Assembly: GCA_903926605.1 (NCBI GenBank)
Contig: CAIYJV010000031.1
Coordinates: forward strand, 8,178-72,177
Source: an uncultured Bacteroidota bacterium
GTDB lineage: Bacteria > Bacteroidota > Bacteroidia > Chitinophagales > Chitinophagaceae
DNA length: 64,000 bases
Direction: 5' to 3'
Positions 7,737 through 16,299 of the stretch are shown here, one piece after another. Within the stretch, counting starts at the first letter, position 1. Each line of letters begins with the position of its first letter. Position numbers and translations under genes: made by a program. The notes below the pieces were generated by a model. That model worked only from the letters and a program-made list of their open reading frames with translations. It ran no database searches and was not told the origin of the DNA.

Positions 7737-10598
7737 ATGCCAAGAGACAATTCCATTAAAAGTGTGTTGATTATCGGTTCGGGACCCATCATTATCGGTC
7801 AGGCCTGCGAATTCGACTACTCCGGCTCCCAGGCCGCCCGCAGCCTTCGTGAAGAGGGTATCAAGGTCATCCTGATCAACTCCAACCCTGCCACCATCAT
7901 GACCGACCCCATCATGGCCGATCGTGTGTACTTGCTCCCCCTCACAGTGGAAAGCATAGAGCAGATACTGGAGGAAAATGATATCGATGCCGTGCTGCCC
8001 ACCATGGGTGGCCAGACCGCGCTCAACCTTGCCAAGGAAGCCGACGAACTGGGTATCTGGGAAAAATTCAATGTCCGCCTCATCGGCGTGGATATTAAAG
8101 CCATAGATAAGGCCGAAGATCGGGAGCTGTTCCGTAAATGGATGATCGAAATGGGTGTACCCGTAGCATCAGCCAAAACGGCTAACTCGCTGCTCGAGGG
8201 CAAGGAATTTGCCCAGCAGATCGGCCTGCCCATAGTGATACGCCCATCCTATACGCTGGGTGGCACGGGAGGCGGTTTCGTCATGCACATAGATCAGCTC
8301 GATGCAGCACTGGACCGCGGCCTGTCCGCGTCACCCATGCACGAAGTACTGGTCGAAAAGGCCGTACTGGGCTGGAAGGAGTTCGAACTGGAACTTTTAC
8401 GTGACCAGAACGACAATGTGGTCATCATCTGTACTGTGGAGAATTTCGATCCCATGGGCATACACACCGGCGACAGTATCACCGTGGCTCCGGCCATGAC
8501 ACTGAGCGATACTGCTTTCCAATTGATGCGCAACACTGCCATAGCCATGATGCGCGATCTGGGCAACTTTGCCGGTGGTTGCAACGTGCAGTTCGCACTC
8601 AATCCGGAAACCGAAGAAATTATTGCAATCGAAATTAATCCCCGCGTGAGCCGTTCTTCCGCGCTCGCATCCAAGGCAACCGGCTACCCGATCGCCAAGA
8701 TAGCCGCCAAGCTGGCCATCGGTTATTACCTCGACGAACTTAAAAATCAGATCACGCAAACCACTTCGGCCTACTTTGAGCCGGCACTGGATTACGTCAT
8801 CGTAAAAATGCCTCGCTGGAACTTCGACAAGTTCAAGGGTGCAGACGATACGCTTGGCTTACAAATGAAATCGGTTGGAGAAGTAATGGCCATTGGCCGT
8901 ACGTTCCCGGAGGCCCTGCAGAAAGCTTGTCAGAGTCTCGAGAACAATGCCACCGGACTTTCCCACATCAGTCAGGAAAGGCTTCGGCCCGAAGAATTGC
9001 TGGAGAGCCTGAAGCGCCCCACGTGGGATCGTATATTCCGCATCAAACAAGCCATCGCCGCCGGTGTGTCAATCAAAACCATCCGCGAGATCACTTATAT
9101 AGACCGCTGGTTCCTTTACCAAATACAGGATATTGTAAATCTCGAAGTGGAGATACGCCAGTACAAACACCTGGAAAAACTGCCCGACAGCCTGCTGTTC
9201 AAAGCCAAACAAATGGGCTTCAGCGACGACCAGATATCCGAGCTCGTAAAAGACTGCACTGCAGAAGAAGTATACGAACACCGCAAAGCACTGGGCATAA
9301 CCCGTGTCTTCAAAATGGTGGATACCTGCTCCGCAGAATTTGAAGCCAAGACTCCTTACTTCTACTCGACTTTCGAGCGCAAGCCCATGGATGTGCCGGG
9401 CAGTAATCCTGCCGCCATCCTCAGCAACGAAAGTCTGTTGCACAAAAAGAAAAAGATCATTGTACTCGGTTCCGGTCCCAACAGGATAGGGCAGGGCATA
9501 GAGTTCGACTATTGCTGTACCCATGGTCTGCTTGCCATCCGCGATTGCGGATTTGAGTCCATCATGGTCAACTGCAATCCCGAAACAGTCTCCACCGATT
9601 TCGACATTGCTGACAAGCTCTACTTCGAACCTGTATATTGGGAGCACCTCTGGGAGATCATAGAGCATGAACAACCCGATGGCGTCATCGTACAGCTCGG
9701 CGGTCAGACCGCGTTGAAGCTTTCTCGCAGGCTGCACGAAAAGGGCATCCCTATCATCGGTACCTCTTACGATAGCATGGATATTGCGGAAGACCGTGGC
9801 CGCTTCAGCGATATGCTCAAGGAGCTCGGTATTCCATACCCCAATTACGGTACTGCCTACACCACAGACGAGGCCATTGAAGTAGCCGCTCAGGTGGGCT
9901 ATCCCGTGCTCGTACGCCCGTCCTATGTGCTGGGCGGACAGCGTATGCGTATCGTGATCAACGATACCGAACTGGAAAAGAGCGTGGTGAGCCTGCTCAA
10001 ACACCTTCCCGGCAACAAGATACTTATCGACCACTTCCTGGATCGTTGCCAGGAGGCAGAAATAGATGCCATCTGCGATGGCGAGACCGTGCACATCATG
10101 GGAATCATGGAGCACATCGAACCGGCTGGTATTCACAGTGGCGACAGTCATGCGCTGCTGCCTGTCTTCACCCTAGGCCCGTTGATCACGGACGAAATGA
10201 TAGACATCACCCGCAAGATCGCGCTGAAGCTGAACATCAAGGGACTCATCAACATACAATTTGCTATCAAGGAGAACAAGGTGTACGTTATCGAGGCAAA
10301 CCCAAGGGCCAGCCGCACCACGCCATTCATCGCTAAGGCTTACGGTATTCCCTACCTCAACATTGCCACCAAGGTCATGCTGGGCGAGCTGAAGCTAAAG
10401 GACATCAACCCCGAGAAGAAACTGGACGGATGGGCCGTAAAAGTCCCCGTATTCAGCTTCAACAAGTTCCCCAACGTGAACAAAGAACTCGGACCTGAAA
10501 TGAAGAGCACCGGCGAAGCCATCCAGTTCATCAAGAACCTCCGCGACCCCTGGTTCCGCAATCTCTACAAGGAGCGTAGTATGCACCTTAGCAAGTAA
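7737..10598 (+). CDS. carB: Carbamoyl-phosphate synthase large subunit, short form without the C-terminal allosteric domain
   Basis: 953 aa. Two ATP-grasp halves begin with [22 protein letters not shown] and [19 protein letters not shown]. The protein ends about 25 aa after GPEMKSTGE. Confidence 0.95.
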   Translation: MPRDNSIKSVLIIGSGPIIIGQACEFDYSGSQAARSLREEGIKVILINSNPATIMTDPIMADRVYLLPLTVESIEQILEENDIDAVLPTMGGQTALNLAKEADELGIWEKFNVRLIGVDIKAIDKAEDRELFRKWMIEMGVPVASAKTANSLLEGKEFAQQIGLPIVIRPSYTLGGTGGGFVMHIDQLDAALDRGLSASPMHEVLVEKAVLGWKEFELELLRDQNDNVVIICTVENFDPMGIHTGDSITVAPAMTLSDTAFQLMRNTAIAMMRDLGNFAGGCNVQFALNPETEEIIAIEINPRVSRSSALASKATGYPIAKIAAKLAIGYYLDELKNQITQTTSAYFEPALDYVIVKMPRWNFDKFKGADDTLGLQMKSVGEVMAIGRTFPEALQKACQSLENNATGLSHISQERLRPEELLESLKRPTWDRIFRIKQAIAAGVSIKTIREITYIDRWFLYQIQDIVNLEVEIRQYKHLEKLPDSLLFKAKQMGFSDDQISELVKDCTAEEVYEHRKALGITRVFKMVDTCSAEFEAKTPYFYSTFERKPMDVPGSNPAAILSNESLLHKKKKIIVLGSGPNRIGQGIEFDYCCTHGLLAIRDCGFESIMVNCNPETVSTDFDIADKLYFEPVYWEHLWEIIEHEQPDGVIVQLGGQTALKLSRRLHEKGIPIIGTSYDSMDIAEDRGRFSDMLKELGIPYPNYGTAYTTDEAIEVAAQVGYPVLVRPSYVLGGQRMRIVINDTELEKSVVSLLKHLPGNKILIDHFLDRCQEAEIDAICDGETVHIMGIMEHIEPAGIHSGDSHALLPVFTLGPLITDEMIDITRKIALKLNIKGLINIQFAIKENKVYVIEANPRASRTTPFIAKAYGIPYLNIATKVMLGELKLKDINPEKKLDGWAVKVPVFSFNKFPNVNKELGPEMKSTGEAIQFIKNLRDPWFRNLYKERSMHLSK

Positions 10599-10617
10599 GG
10601 GATATCAAATATTTGTG

Positions 10618-10655
10618 AAGCTGCAAGGAAGAGATTTCTTGCAGCTTTTTTTATT
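10618..10655 (+). terminator. Rho-independent terminator after carB
   Basis: AAGCTGCAAG-GAAGAGATTT-CTTGCAGCTT followed by TTTTTTATTTTT. Confidence 0.85.
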
Positions 10656-10783
10656 TTTCTGTGTGTTGTTTCATGGACCGGCGCGGGTTTTCAGTGGGAT
10701 AACCCGAGTCTCCTAAAACCTGCTGTCTAGCCTACCGGCAGGCGGGTCTCAGAACGGAATTCAAAGCCTGACGGGCGTTATAT

Positions 10784-10850
10784 TTGAATAGCCCCCGGTG
10801 AAGCCGGGGACAAGATTATATTATGTACACAACCCCAACAGGGGTTGAAC
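10784..10850 (+). repeat. Single diverged copy of the double-hairpin repeat
   Basis: TTGAATAGCC + CCCCGG-TGAAG-CCGGGG, then a spacer, then CAACCCC-AACA-GGGGTTG + AAC. Confidence 0.7.
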
Positions 10851-10882
10851 GGTAAACGCCACCACAAATGTCCACTACTCCG

Positions 10883-10911
10883 AAATTTGTATCCTGCTTC
10901 CGGAAGTAAAT
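10883..10911 (+). repeat. 29-nt direct repeat, copy 1 (AAATTTGTATCCTGCTTCCGGAAGTAAAT)
   Basis: 25/29 identical to 11094-11122, counted by eye. Contains a near-match to the -7 box and a short hairpin. Confidence 0.75.
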
Positions 10912-11093
10912 GCTCCTTTTGATGTGATATTACAGAGCAGGAATGAAGTGGCGGAAAAGCAAGGTCTAAATGGGCATTTTGTGCATTACCCAATGGAACA
11001 TACAATTGAATAATAAATGGCCCTGGCTTGGATATTGCGCAGCATTTCCAGGTTTCCCCCAACTTTCCCACCCAACGCATCCAAAAATTCAGC

Positions 11094-11122
11094 AAATTTG
11101 TATCCCGCTTCGGGGAATAAAT
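11094..11122 (+). repeat. 29-nt direct repeat, copy 2 (AAATTTGTATCCCGCTTCGGGGAATAAAT), 11 nt upstream of the GH20 start
   Basis: Matches copy 1. Includes a CCCGCTTCGGGG hairpin with a UUCG-type loop. Confidence 0.75.
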
Positions 11123-11132
11123 TATTGTAGCT

Positions 11133-13001
11133 ATGAAATACTTGCTTTTTTCGTTGTGCATCCTGCTCGGCTTTCAATCCATCGCACAGGACGAACCCTT
11201 TCTGAGCGATATGGGCATTATACCCGCACCGGTAAGTGTGAAGCGCGCAAAGGGTGAATTCAAACTCACGCCCGAAACTTTTATACTGTCCGATGCCACC
11301 ACCGAACGCGGGGTGAAGTTTTTCATGGAGTTTCTCACAAAGGCTGGCTATGGTCACCGACTCACCGATATTCACAACATAGACAAAAGTCCGGCTTCGC
11401 TCAAGAATAGCATCACCCTCAGCATCAACTACAAAGAGGAAGGCAAGCCCGATGGCTACGAGATCCTCATTACCGAAGACCGTGTGATACTGAATGGTAA
11501 GGGTGCCGGCCTCTTCTACGGCGTACAGACCCTCATGCAGTTGCTTAAACCCGGTAAGCCCGGTTTTGCCACGCTTCCTTGTGGTACCATCAAGGACTAT
11601 CCCCGTTTCGGGTATCGTGGAATGCACCTCGATGTGTCCCGTCACTTCTTCGACGTAGCCTTCATCAAAAAATATATCGATGTGCTGGCAGCCTACAAGC
11701 TCAACTACTTCCACTGGCATCTCACCGACGATCAGGGCTGGCGTATAGAGATCAAGAAATACCCGAACCTTACTGCTGTGGGCAGCAAGCGCGCGCAGAC
11801 CAAAGTCGGCCGTATGGATGGCAAGGATGCAGACCTCTACGACAACACACCCTATGGTGGATTCTATACCCAGGAAGAAGTAAAAGACATCGTGGCCTAT
11901 GCGCAGGACCGCTACGTGAACATTATTCCTGAGATCGAAATGCCTGGTCATTGTCTGGCTGCGCTGGCTGCCTATCCTGATCTGGGCTGCGAACCCGACA
12001 AAGGCTACAAAGTAGGGGAAGGCTGGGGCGTAAGCACCGACGTATATTGCCCTACCGACCATACTTTCGAAGTGTTGCAGGACATCCTTCGCGAAGTGGT
12101 GGACCTCTTTCCTTGTAAGTATGTTCACATTGGCGGCGACGAATGTCCCAAGGATGCATGGAAGAAATCGCAGTTCTGCCAGAACCTCATCCGCGAGCAG
12201 CGCATGAGGGATGAAAACGAACTGCAGAGCTACTTTATAGCCAGGATCGAAAAGTACCTCAACCTCCACAACCGTGTGATCATAGGCTGGGATGAAATAC
12301 TGGAAGGTGGTGTGGCTCCCAATGCCACTATCATGAGCTGGCGCGGCGAAGCCGGCGGTGTGGCAGCAGCGCAACTCAACCACGATGTCATCATGACTCC
12401 GGGAGAGTTCGGTCTTTACTTCGACCATGCACAAAGTAAATCGCAGCAGGAGCCGCTGAACATAGGCGGCTATGCGCCAACGGCCAAGACGTATAACTGT
12501 GATCCGATCCCCTCAAAACTTTCCTCCGAACAGGCAAAACACGTCATAGGCGTACAGGCCAATCTTTGGACCGAATACATTGCCACCCCCGAGAAGGCAG
12601 AATATATGCTGTTGCCCCGTATGCTGGCGCTGGCAGAAGTAGCATGGTCGCCAACGGCAGCAAAGAACTATCGCGATTTTTCTGAGAACCGCCTGCCACA
12701 TAATCTGCACCTGCTGGAGCAGAAAGGTTACAATTTCCGTGTGCCGGAACCCATTGGCATGGACGATAGCATGAAGCGTGGCGGCAATTTCCGGATAGAG
12801 CTGAAGACACCGGTAGAAGGAGCACGTATACACTACACCATTGATGGTTATACGCCGTCAGAGAATGACCTGTATTACAAGGACGCACTACGTATCCGCA
12901 TACCGGAAGACAAGGCCATAGATTTCCAGACCATTACCATTACACCCGGCGGCAAACGCAGTGTGGTAAAGCACGAAATATTGGACAATTCCGGGAAGTA
13001 G
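11133..13001 (+). CDS. Beta-N-acetylhexosaminidase (GH20), secreted
   Basis: Signal peptide MKYLLFSLCILLGFQSIAQ. GH20 motifs RGMHLDVSRHF, HWHLTDDQGWR and HIGGDECP. Confidence 0.9.
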   Translation: MKYLLFSLCILLGFQSIAQDEPFLSDMGIIPAPVSVKRAKGEFKLTPETFILSDATTERGVKFFMEFLTKAGYGHRLTDIHNIDKSPASLKNSITLSINYKEEGKPDGYEILITEDRVILNGKGAGLFYGVQTLMQLLKPGKPGFATLPCGTIKDYPRFGYRGMHLDVSRHFFDVAFIKKYIDVLAAYKLNYFHWHLTDDQGWRIEIKKYPNLTAVGSKRAQTKVGRMDGKDADLYDNTPYGGFYTQEEVKDIVAYAQDRYVNIIPEIEMPGHCLAALAAYPDLGCEPDKGYKVGEGWGVSTDVYCPTDHTFEVLQDILREVVDLFPCKYVHIGGDECPKDAWKKSQFCQNLIREQRMRDENELQSYFIARIEKYLNLHNRVIIGWDEILEGGVAPNATIMSWRGEAGGVAAAQLNHDVIMTPGEFGLYFDHAQSKSQQEPLNIGGYAPTAKTYNCDPIPSKLSSEQAKHVIGVQANLWTEYIATPEKAEYMLLPRMLALAEVAWSPTAAKNYRDFSENRLPHNLHLLEQKGYNFRVPEPIGMDDSMKRGGNFRIELKTPVEGARIHYTIDGYTPSENDLYYKDALRIRIPEDKAIDFQTITITPGGKRSVVKHEILDNSGK

Positions 13002-13152
13002 CTACTGAATGGTTTACTGCGCACTGTTGTTGCGACCAGCCTGCTATTGTCCTAACCGGTAAATTGAGTGCAACGTTCACCAGAAAAAACCTGTATTTAT
13101 AGGCTGGCCTAGGTACAACATTGATCAAACCGATTTCATGGCATCAACAGAC

Positions 13153-13188
13153 AAAAAAAATGTCCCACCGGAGTGGGACATTTTTTTT
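13153..13188. terminator. Bidirectional terminator between the convergent GH20 and tig genes
   Basis: AAAAAAAATGTCCCAC-CGGA-GTGGGACATTTTTTTT. Perfect palindrome with flanking A8/T8 runs. Confidence 0.9.
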
Positions 13189-13201
13189 GAATACATTTCG
13201 A

Positions 13202-14575
13202 TTAATGATGATGATGGTGTGCGGCATGTGCATCTTCCAGCTTAAAAAATTCTTCTTCGCCTATTTCTTTTTCTACGAGGTTGAAGACAGTTTCCAGCTT
13301 TTCAAACAGTTTACCTACGATCAGTTTGTTGTAGGTTTCTTCCATCTGTTTCTGATCCTTGGCTATGCGCTGGCGATAGTTGTCCAGCCATGGGGCATCG
13401 TCCAGATTCCTTACACCGAAGTAAGAAAGCACATTGCCCATAATATCGTCCAGCACTTCATCGCGGGTCACGCTGATATCGTATTCGGTCATCAGCTTGT
13501 CTGAGATAAGCTGCCAACGCAATGAATGTTCGAAACCGGAAAATTCTTTTTCTACCTGTTCTTCGGTTTTTGGTTTTTCACCACCTTCTTTCATATAGCG
13601 TTTCAGGAAGTTCACCGGAAGCGATATTTCGGTCTGGTGCACCAGCATTTCGAATATCTCATTCTGGAGGCGCTCCGTAGACAGACGACCAAACTCACGA
13701 CCCAGTTCTTCACGTATTTTTTCACGGAAAGTAGTTTCGTCGGTCACGCCCTGTCCGGGATATATTTTTTCAAACAGGTCTGTGCCTATTTCCAGCGGTA
13801 TCAGGTTGGAAACCTTTTCTACGGTGACCAGGAATGTGTCGTTGCCTGCATCTTCATGCTTAACGGCCAGACGCAGGAAATTACCCAATTCTTCCGGAGT
13901 GCAAACGTCGGATGGAACGAACGTAAATGAATCGCCCGCTTTTTTGCCCTTCAGCACGTCCTGAAATTTAGCAGGGAACTTCTCCAGATCAGAGATCTGG
14001 CTTGTTTTTTCATACGCTGCATTTACCGCGCCGTTTTCGTCCAGCAACTGGTAAGAAAGGTGTACCACATGCGTAGCATCGGCTGCGGCATCGGTTTCCA
14101 CTTCGTTACCCTGCTGTTTGCGGATACGGTCTATTTCGTCAGTGAGTAGTTTGTCAGATACATTGATCTTGTACTTGGTCAGCGTAGCCTTATTGGTAAC
14201 CGGTGTAACTTCGAATTCAGGCTTGATGCCGATTTCGAAAGAGAAAGTATATGCACCGGGGTTACTCATATCGAATGCCATATCCTGTCCGGGCAGTACC
14301 ATGGGCTGTGCGAATATGGACAGTTTTTCGTTTTTCAGGAAATCTTCCAGTTCGCGACCGGCAGTTTTTACTATTTCATCTGTAAATACAGACTGTCCGT
14401 ACATTTTGCGAACCAGGCCGGTAGGCACCATGCCTTTACGGAAACCCGGTATGGCTGCCTTTTTCGCATATTCCTTAATAGACTTGTCGAAAGCAGGCAG
14501 ATAGTCGTTTTTCTCAAGGTTTATGATCACCTTATCATGCAGCGTACCTAAGTTCTCGCGTGTTATTGTTGCCAT
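13202..14575 (-). CDS. tig: Trigger factor with a C-terminal His-rich tail
   Basis: 457 aa. The N-terminal ribosome-binding region contains the GFRKGMVP signature. A C-terminal chaperone arm follows. The protein ends EDAHAAHHHHH. Confidence 0.9.
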   Translation of the reverse strand: MATITRENLGTLHDKVIINLEKNDYLPAFDKSIKEYAKKAAIPGFRKGMVPTGLVRKMYGQSVFTDEIVKTAGRELEDFLKNEKLSIFAQPMVLPGQDMAFDMSNPGAYTFSFEIGIKPEFEVTPVTNKATLTKYKINVSDKLLTDEIDRIRKQQGNEVETDAAADATHVVHLSYQLLDENGAVNAAYEKTSQISDLEKFPAKFQDVLKGKKAGDSFTFVPSDVCTPEELGNFLRLAVKHEDAGNDTFLVTVEKVSNLIPLEIGTDLFEKIYPGQGVTDETTFREKIREELGREFGRLSTERLQNEIFEMLVHQTEISLPVNFLKRYMKEGGEKPKTEEQVEKEFSGFEHSLRWQLISDKLMTEYDISVTRDEVLDDIMGNVLSYFGVRNLDDAPWLDNYRQRIAKDQKQMEETYNKLIVGKLFEKLETVFNLVEKEIGEEEFFKLEDAHAAHHHHH

Positions 14576-14651
14576 TATAAATTTTGTTTGTTTTTTGTTT
14601 GGTTGCCGGAATTTTCAAAGTAGGAACATTCCTGTTTTATGAATCGGGGCG

Positions 14652-14659
14652 CAAAGATA
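14652..14659 (-). promoter_or_regulatory. Candidate -7 box (TATCTTTG on the minus strand) upstream of tig
   Basis: The plus strand reads CAAAGATA. About 77 nt upstream of the tig start. Confidence 0.35.
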
Positions 14660-14758
14660 CAATTTTCATGTATAAATCCACACGTCCCGACTTGCATCTA
14701 CTCAGGGATGGTAAGGCTCAGATTTTATGGTCATTGTGAATTAGGGAATCAAAGCAAT

Positions 14759-14766
14759 ATATTTGA
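14759..14766 (+). promoter_or_regulatory. Candidate -7 box (TATATTTG) upstream of the hypothetical gene at 14801
   Basis: Exact TAnnTTTG match 35 nt upstream of the ATG. A second match, TAATTTTG, lies at 14772-14779. Confidence 0.35.
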
Positions 14767-14800
14767 TTTGTAATTTTGTCTAAATCAAACCTACTAACGG

Positions 14801-16084
14801 ATGATTCGTACTTTAAACCCTGTTTTTAATATTGCCTTAGTTTCCTTGTTTCTAGCTTGCTTTTGCCCTGTTCGTCTGTTGGCGCTTGAGAAATGGAAAC
14901 CGGGATATGTAGTGCGAACGCATGGCGATACACTGAAAGGGAGTATCTTTTATCACCATACGGATAAAACACCCCTGAACATCAGCTTTTCGCAAGATGG
15001 TGGTGCTAATTCAACCAAGTATACGCCGTTGGAAATCAGTTTCTTCAGTGTACTGGAGAATGGACAGTCCTATATATTTCGTTCTTTTGTTATGAATGTA
15101 GACAATACTCCGGAAGAGCTGGCTATGGTAGATACCAACAAAAATCCGGTCATGGTGCGCGATACATTTTTCGCACAACTGATTTCTGAGGGGGCGATCA
15201 ACCTATATCATTATAAAAGTCATAAACACGGTAAGGTTCATTTTATAGTTGAAAAAGGCGTCATGCCTGCGGCCGACCTGATCAATAACGCTTACTATCT
15301 CGACAATTCTAAACAATTTTTCATGAGGAACGAATTGTTCAAGCGCCAGATGCGTGTACTTACTGCAGACTGTCCGGGGATTTTGATGGATCAGATCAAT
15401 CAATTGAAATTCAGCGAGGCCGGGCTTGTAAAAATTGCAAGTCTGTACAATAGGGGGCTAGGCGACGCACAGGGCTACGAGTTTCAACCCGAAAAAACGC
15501 AATTCGTTTTTGGGGTTTATGCCGGAACCTGTTTTAATGATTTGCAAATAAGGGGCAATGGGCTGGATAATGTGAAATTCGGAATTCAGCCTACGCTGGA
15601 TGTCGGCATTGTTTGCGACATGATCCTCCCCAAGTCAGGCAAGGCGTTGTCGATGCATAACGAAATAGGCTATAACATTTTCCGTGACCAGTCTCCGGCA
15701 CAAAATATATCAATAGGGTGGGACGCAGTTATGAAAGAAGTGTACGCAGGGGCAGATTATCTCCGGATGACCAATGTATTCAGATATACCTATCCTTATA
15801 GTACGCTGCATCCCTATCTGGAAATCGGCCTGGTGAACGGATATGCATTATCCATAGCCGAGTACAGGAATATAACCTATACATTTTCTAATTCGACCAG
15901 TCGGGAGACGTATCTGGAAGTACGAAAATATGAGCAGTCGTACTGCGTGGGACTGGGGGCCACGTACAAAAAGGCTGGATTGATGCTGAGGTACGAGAAG
16001 GGTAATGGTTTTTCAGGTTCGTCCGCAATCGGAACCATAACGACAAGATACCACCTAGCGTTTTACTACATGTTTGGGAAATAA
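14801..16084 (+). CDS. Hypothetical secreted protein, possibly an outer-membrane beta-barrel
   Basis: 427-aa ORF with an N-terminal hydrophobic signal (IALVSLFLACFCPVRLLA). The C-terminal half is rich in alternating aromatic/Gly segments and ends in ...YHLAFYYMFGK. No recognisable catalytic motif. Confidence 0.6.
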   Translation: MIRTLNPVFNIALVSLFLACFCPVRLLALEKWKPGYVVRTHGDTLKGSIFYHHTDKTPLNISFSQDGGANSTKYTPLEISFFSVLENGQSYIFRSFVMNVDNTPEELAMVDTNKNPVMVRDTFFAQLISEGAINLYHYKSHKHGKVHFIVEKGVMPAADLINNAYYLDNSKQFFMRNELFKRQMRVLTADCPGILMDQINQLKFSEAGLVKIASLYNRGLGDAQGYEFQPEKTQFVFGVYAGTCFNDLQIRGNGLDNVKFGIQPTLDVGIVCDMILPKSGKALSMHNEIGYNIFRDQSPAQNISIGWDAVMKEVYAGADYLRMTNVFRYTYPYSTLHPYLEIGLVNGYALSIAEYRNITYTFSNSTSRETYLEVRKYEQSYCVGLGATYKKAGLMLRYEKGNGFSGSSAIGTITTRYHLAFYYMFGK

Positions 16085-16112
16085 GGATACACGGCTTGAT
16101 GATGCACCAAAC

Positions 16113-16268
16113 CTATCTATAACTTGTACTGTGGTAGTGCGGATGGGGCACGTATTGACGATACCAGTGGCGGTGTCTGTAGTAGTGCGGAGAATCCATG
16201 ATCAGGCAACTGCTGAGCTGGATGAGAATCAGGGATAACACGATTACCTGGAATGCTCTTTTTTTCAT
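16113..16268 (-). CDS. Small putative lipoprotein with a His/Tyr/Arg-rich tail
   Basis: Internal ATG at 16268 of ORF 16113..16388 gives MKKRAFQVIVLSLILIQLSSC (lipobox-like LSSC), then LIMDSPHYYRHRHWYRQYVPHPHYHSTSYR. It lies 31 nt downstream of the photolyase stop on the same strand. The longer ORF-track version would overlap the photolyase gene. Confidence 0.45.
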   Translation of the reverse strand: MKKRAFQVIVLSLILIQLSSCLIMDSPHYYRHRHWYRQYVPHPHYHSTSYR

Positions 16269-16299
16269 AACGGGATAAAGATAGGAAAATATTGATTGT

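Noticed and set aside
9069-10151. A 360-aa ORF antisense to carB. The track holds similar cases at 3380..4081 (ppiD), 21251..22183 (polyprenyl synthase), 30787..31413 (M16), 38978..39865 (nuoD), 41720..42340 (nuoG), 45729..46628 (nuoL), 50957..51628 (NTP-transferase), 59712..60281 (TPR) and 60723..61214 (PstS-like).
   Set aside because: I checked the phase of each one by arithmetic. All are in the codon-aligned antisense frame of a well-supported gene. This is a codon-bias artefact (avoidance of TTA/CTA/TCA), not evidence of overlapping genes.
10778-11161. A 127-aa minus-strand ORF filling the carB-GH20 intergenic region.
   Set aside because: It runs through the double-hairpin repeat and both 29-mer repeats and overlaps the GH20 start. 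It shows no motif and an odd composition. It is most likely non-coding.
10986-12434. A 482-aa ORF antisense to the GH20 hexosaminidase gene. It is the longest of many long antisense ORFs in the track.
   Set aside because: Its codons are exactly in register with the sense codons: both triplet phases start at positions divisible by 3. Stops in this frame can therefore only arise from sense TTA, CTA or TCA codons, which this genome's core genes rarely use. The translated sequence has no recognisable motif. The sense gene is unambiguous (HWHLTDDQGWR, HIGGDE).
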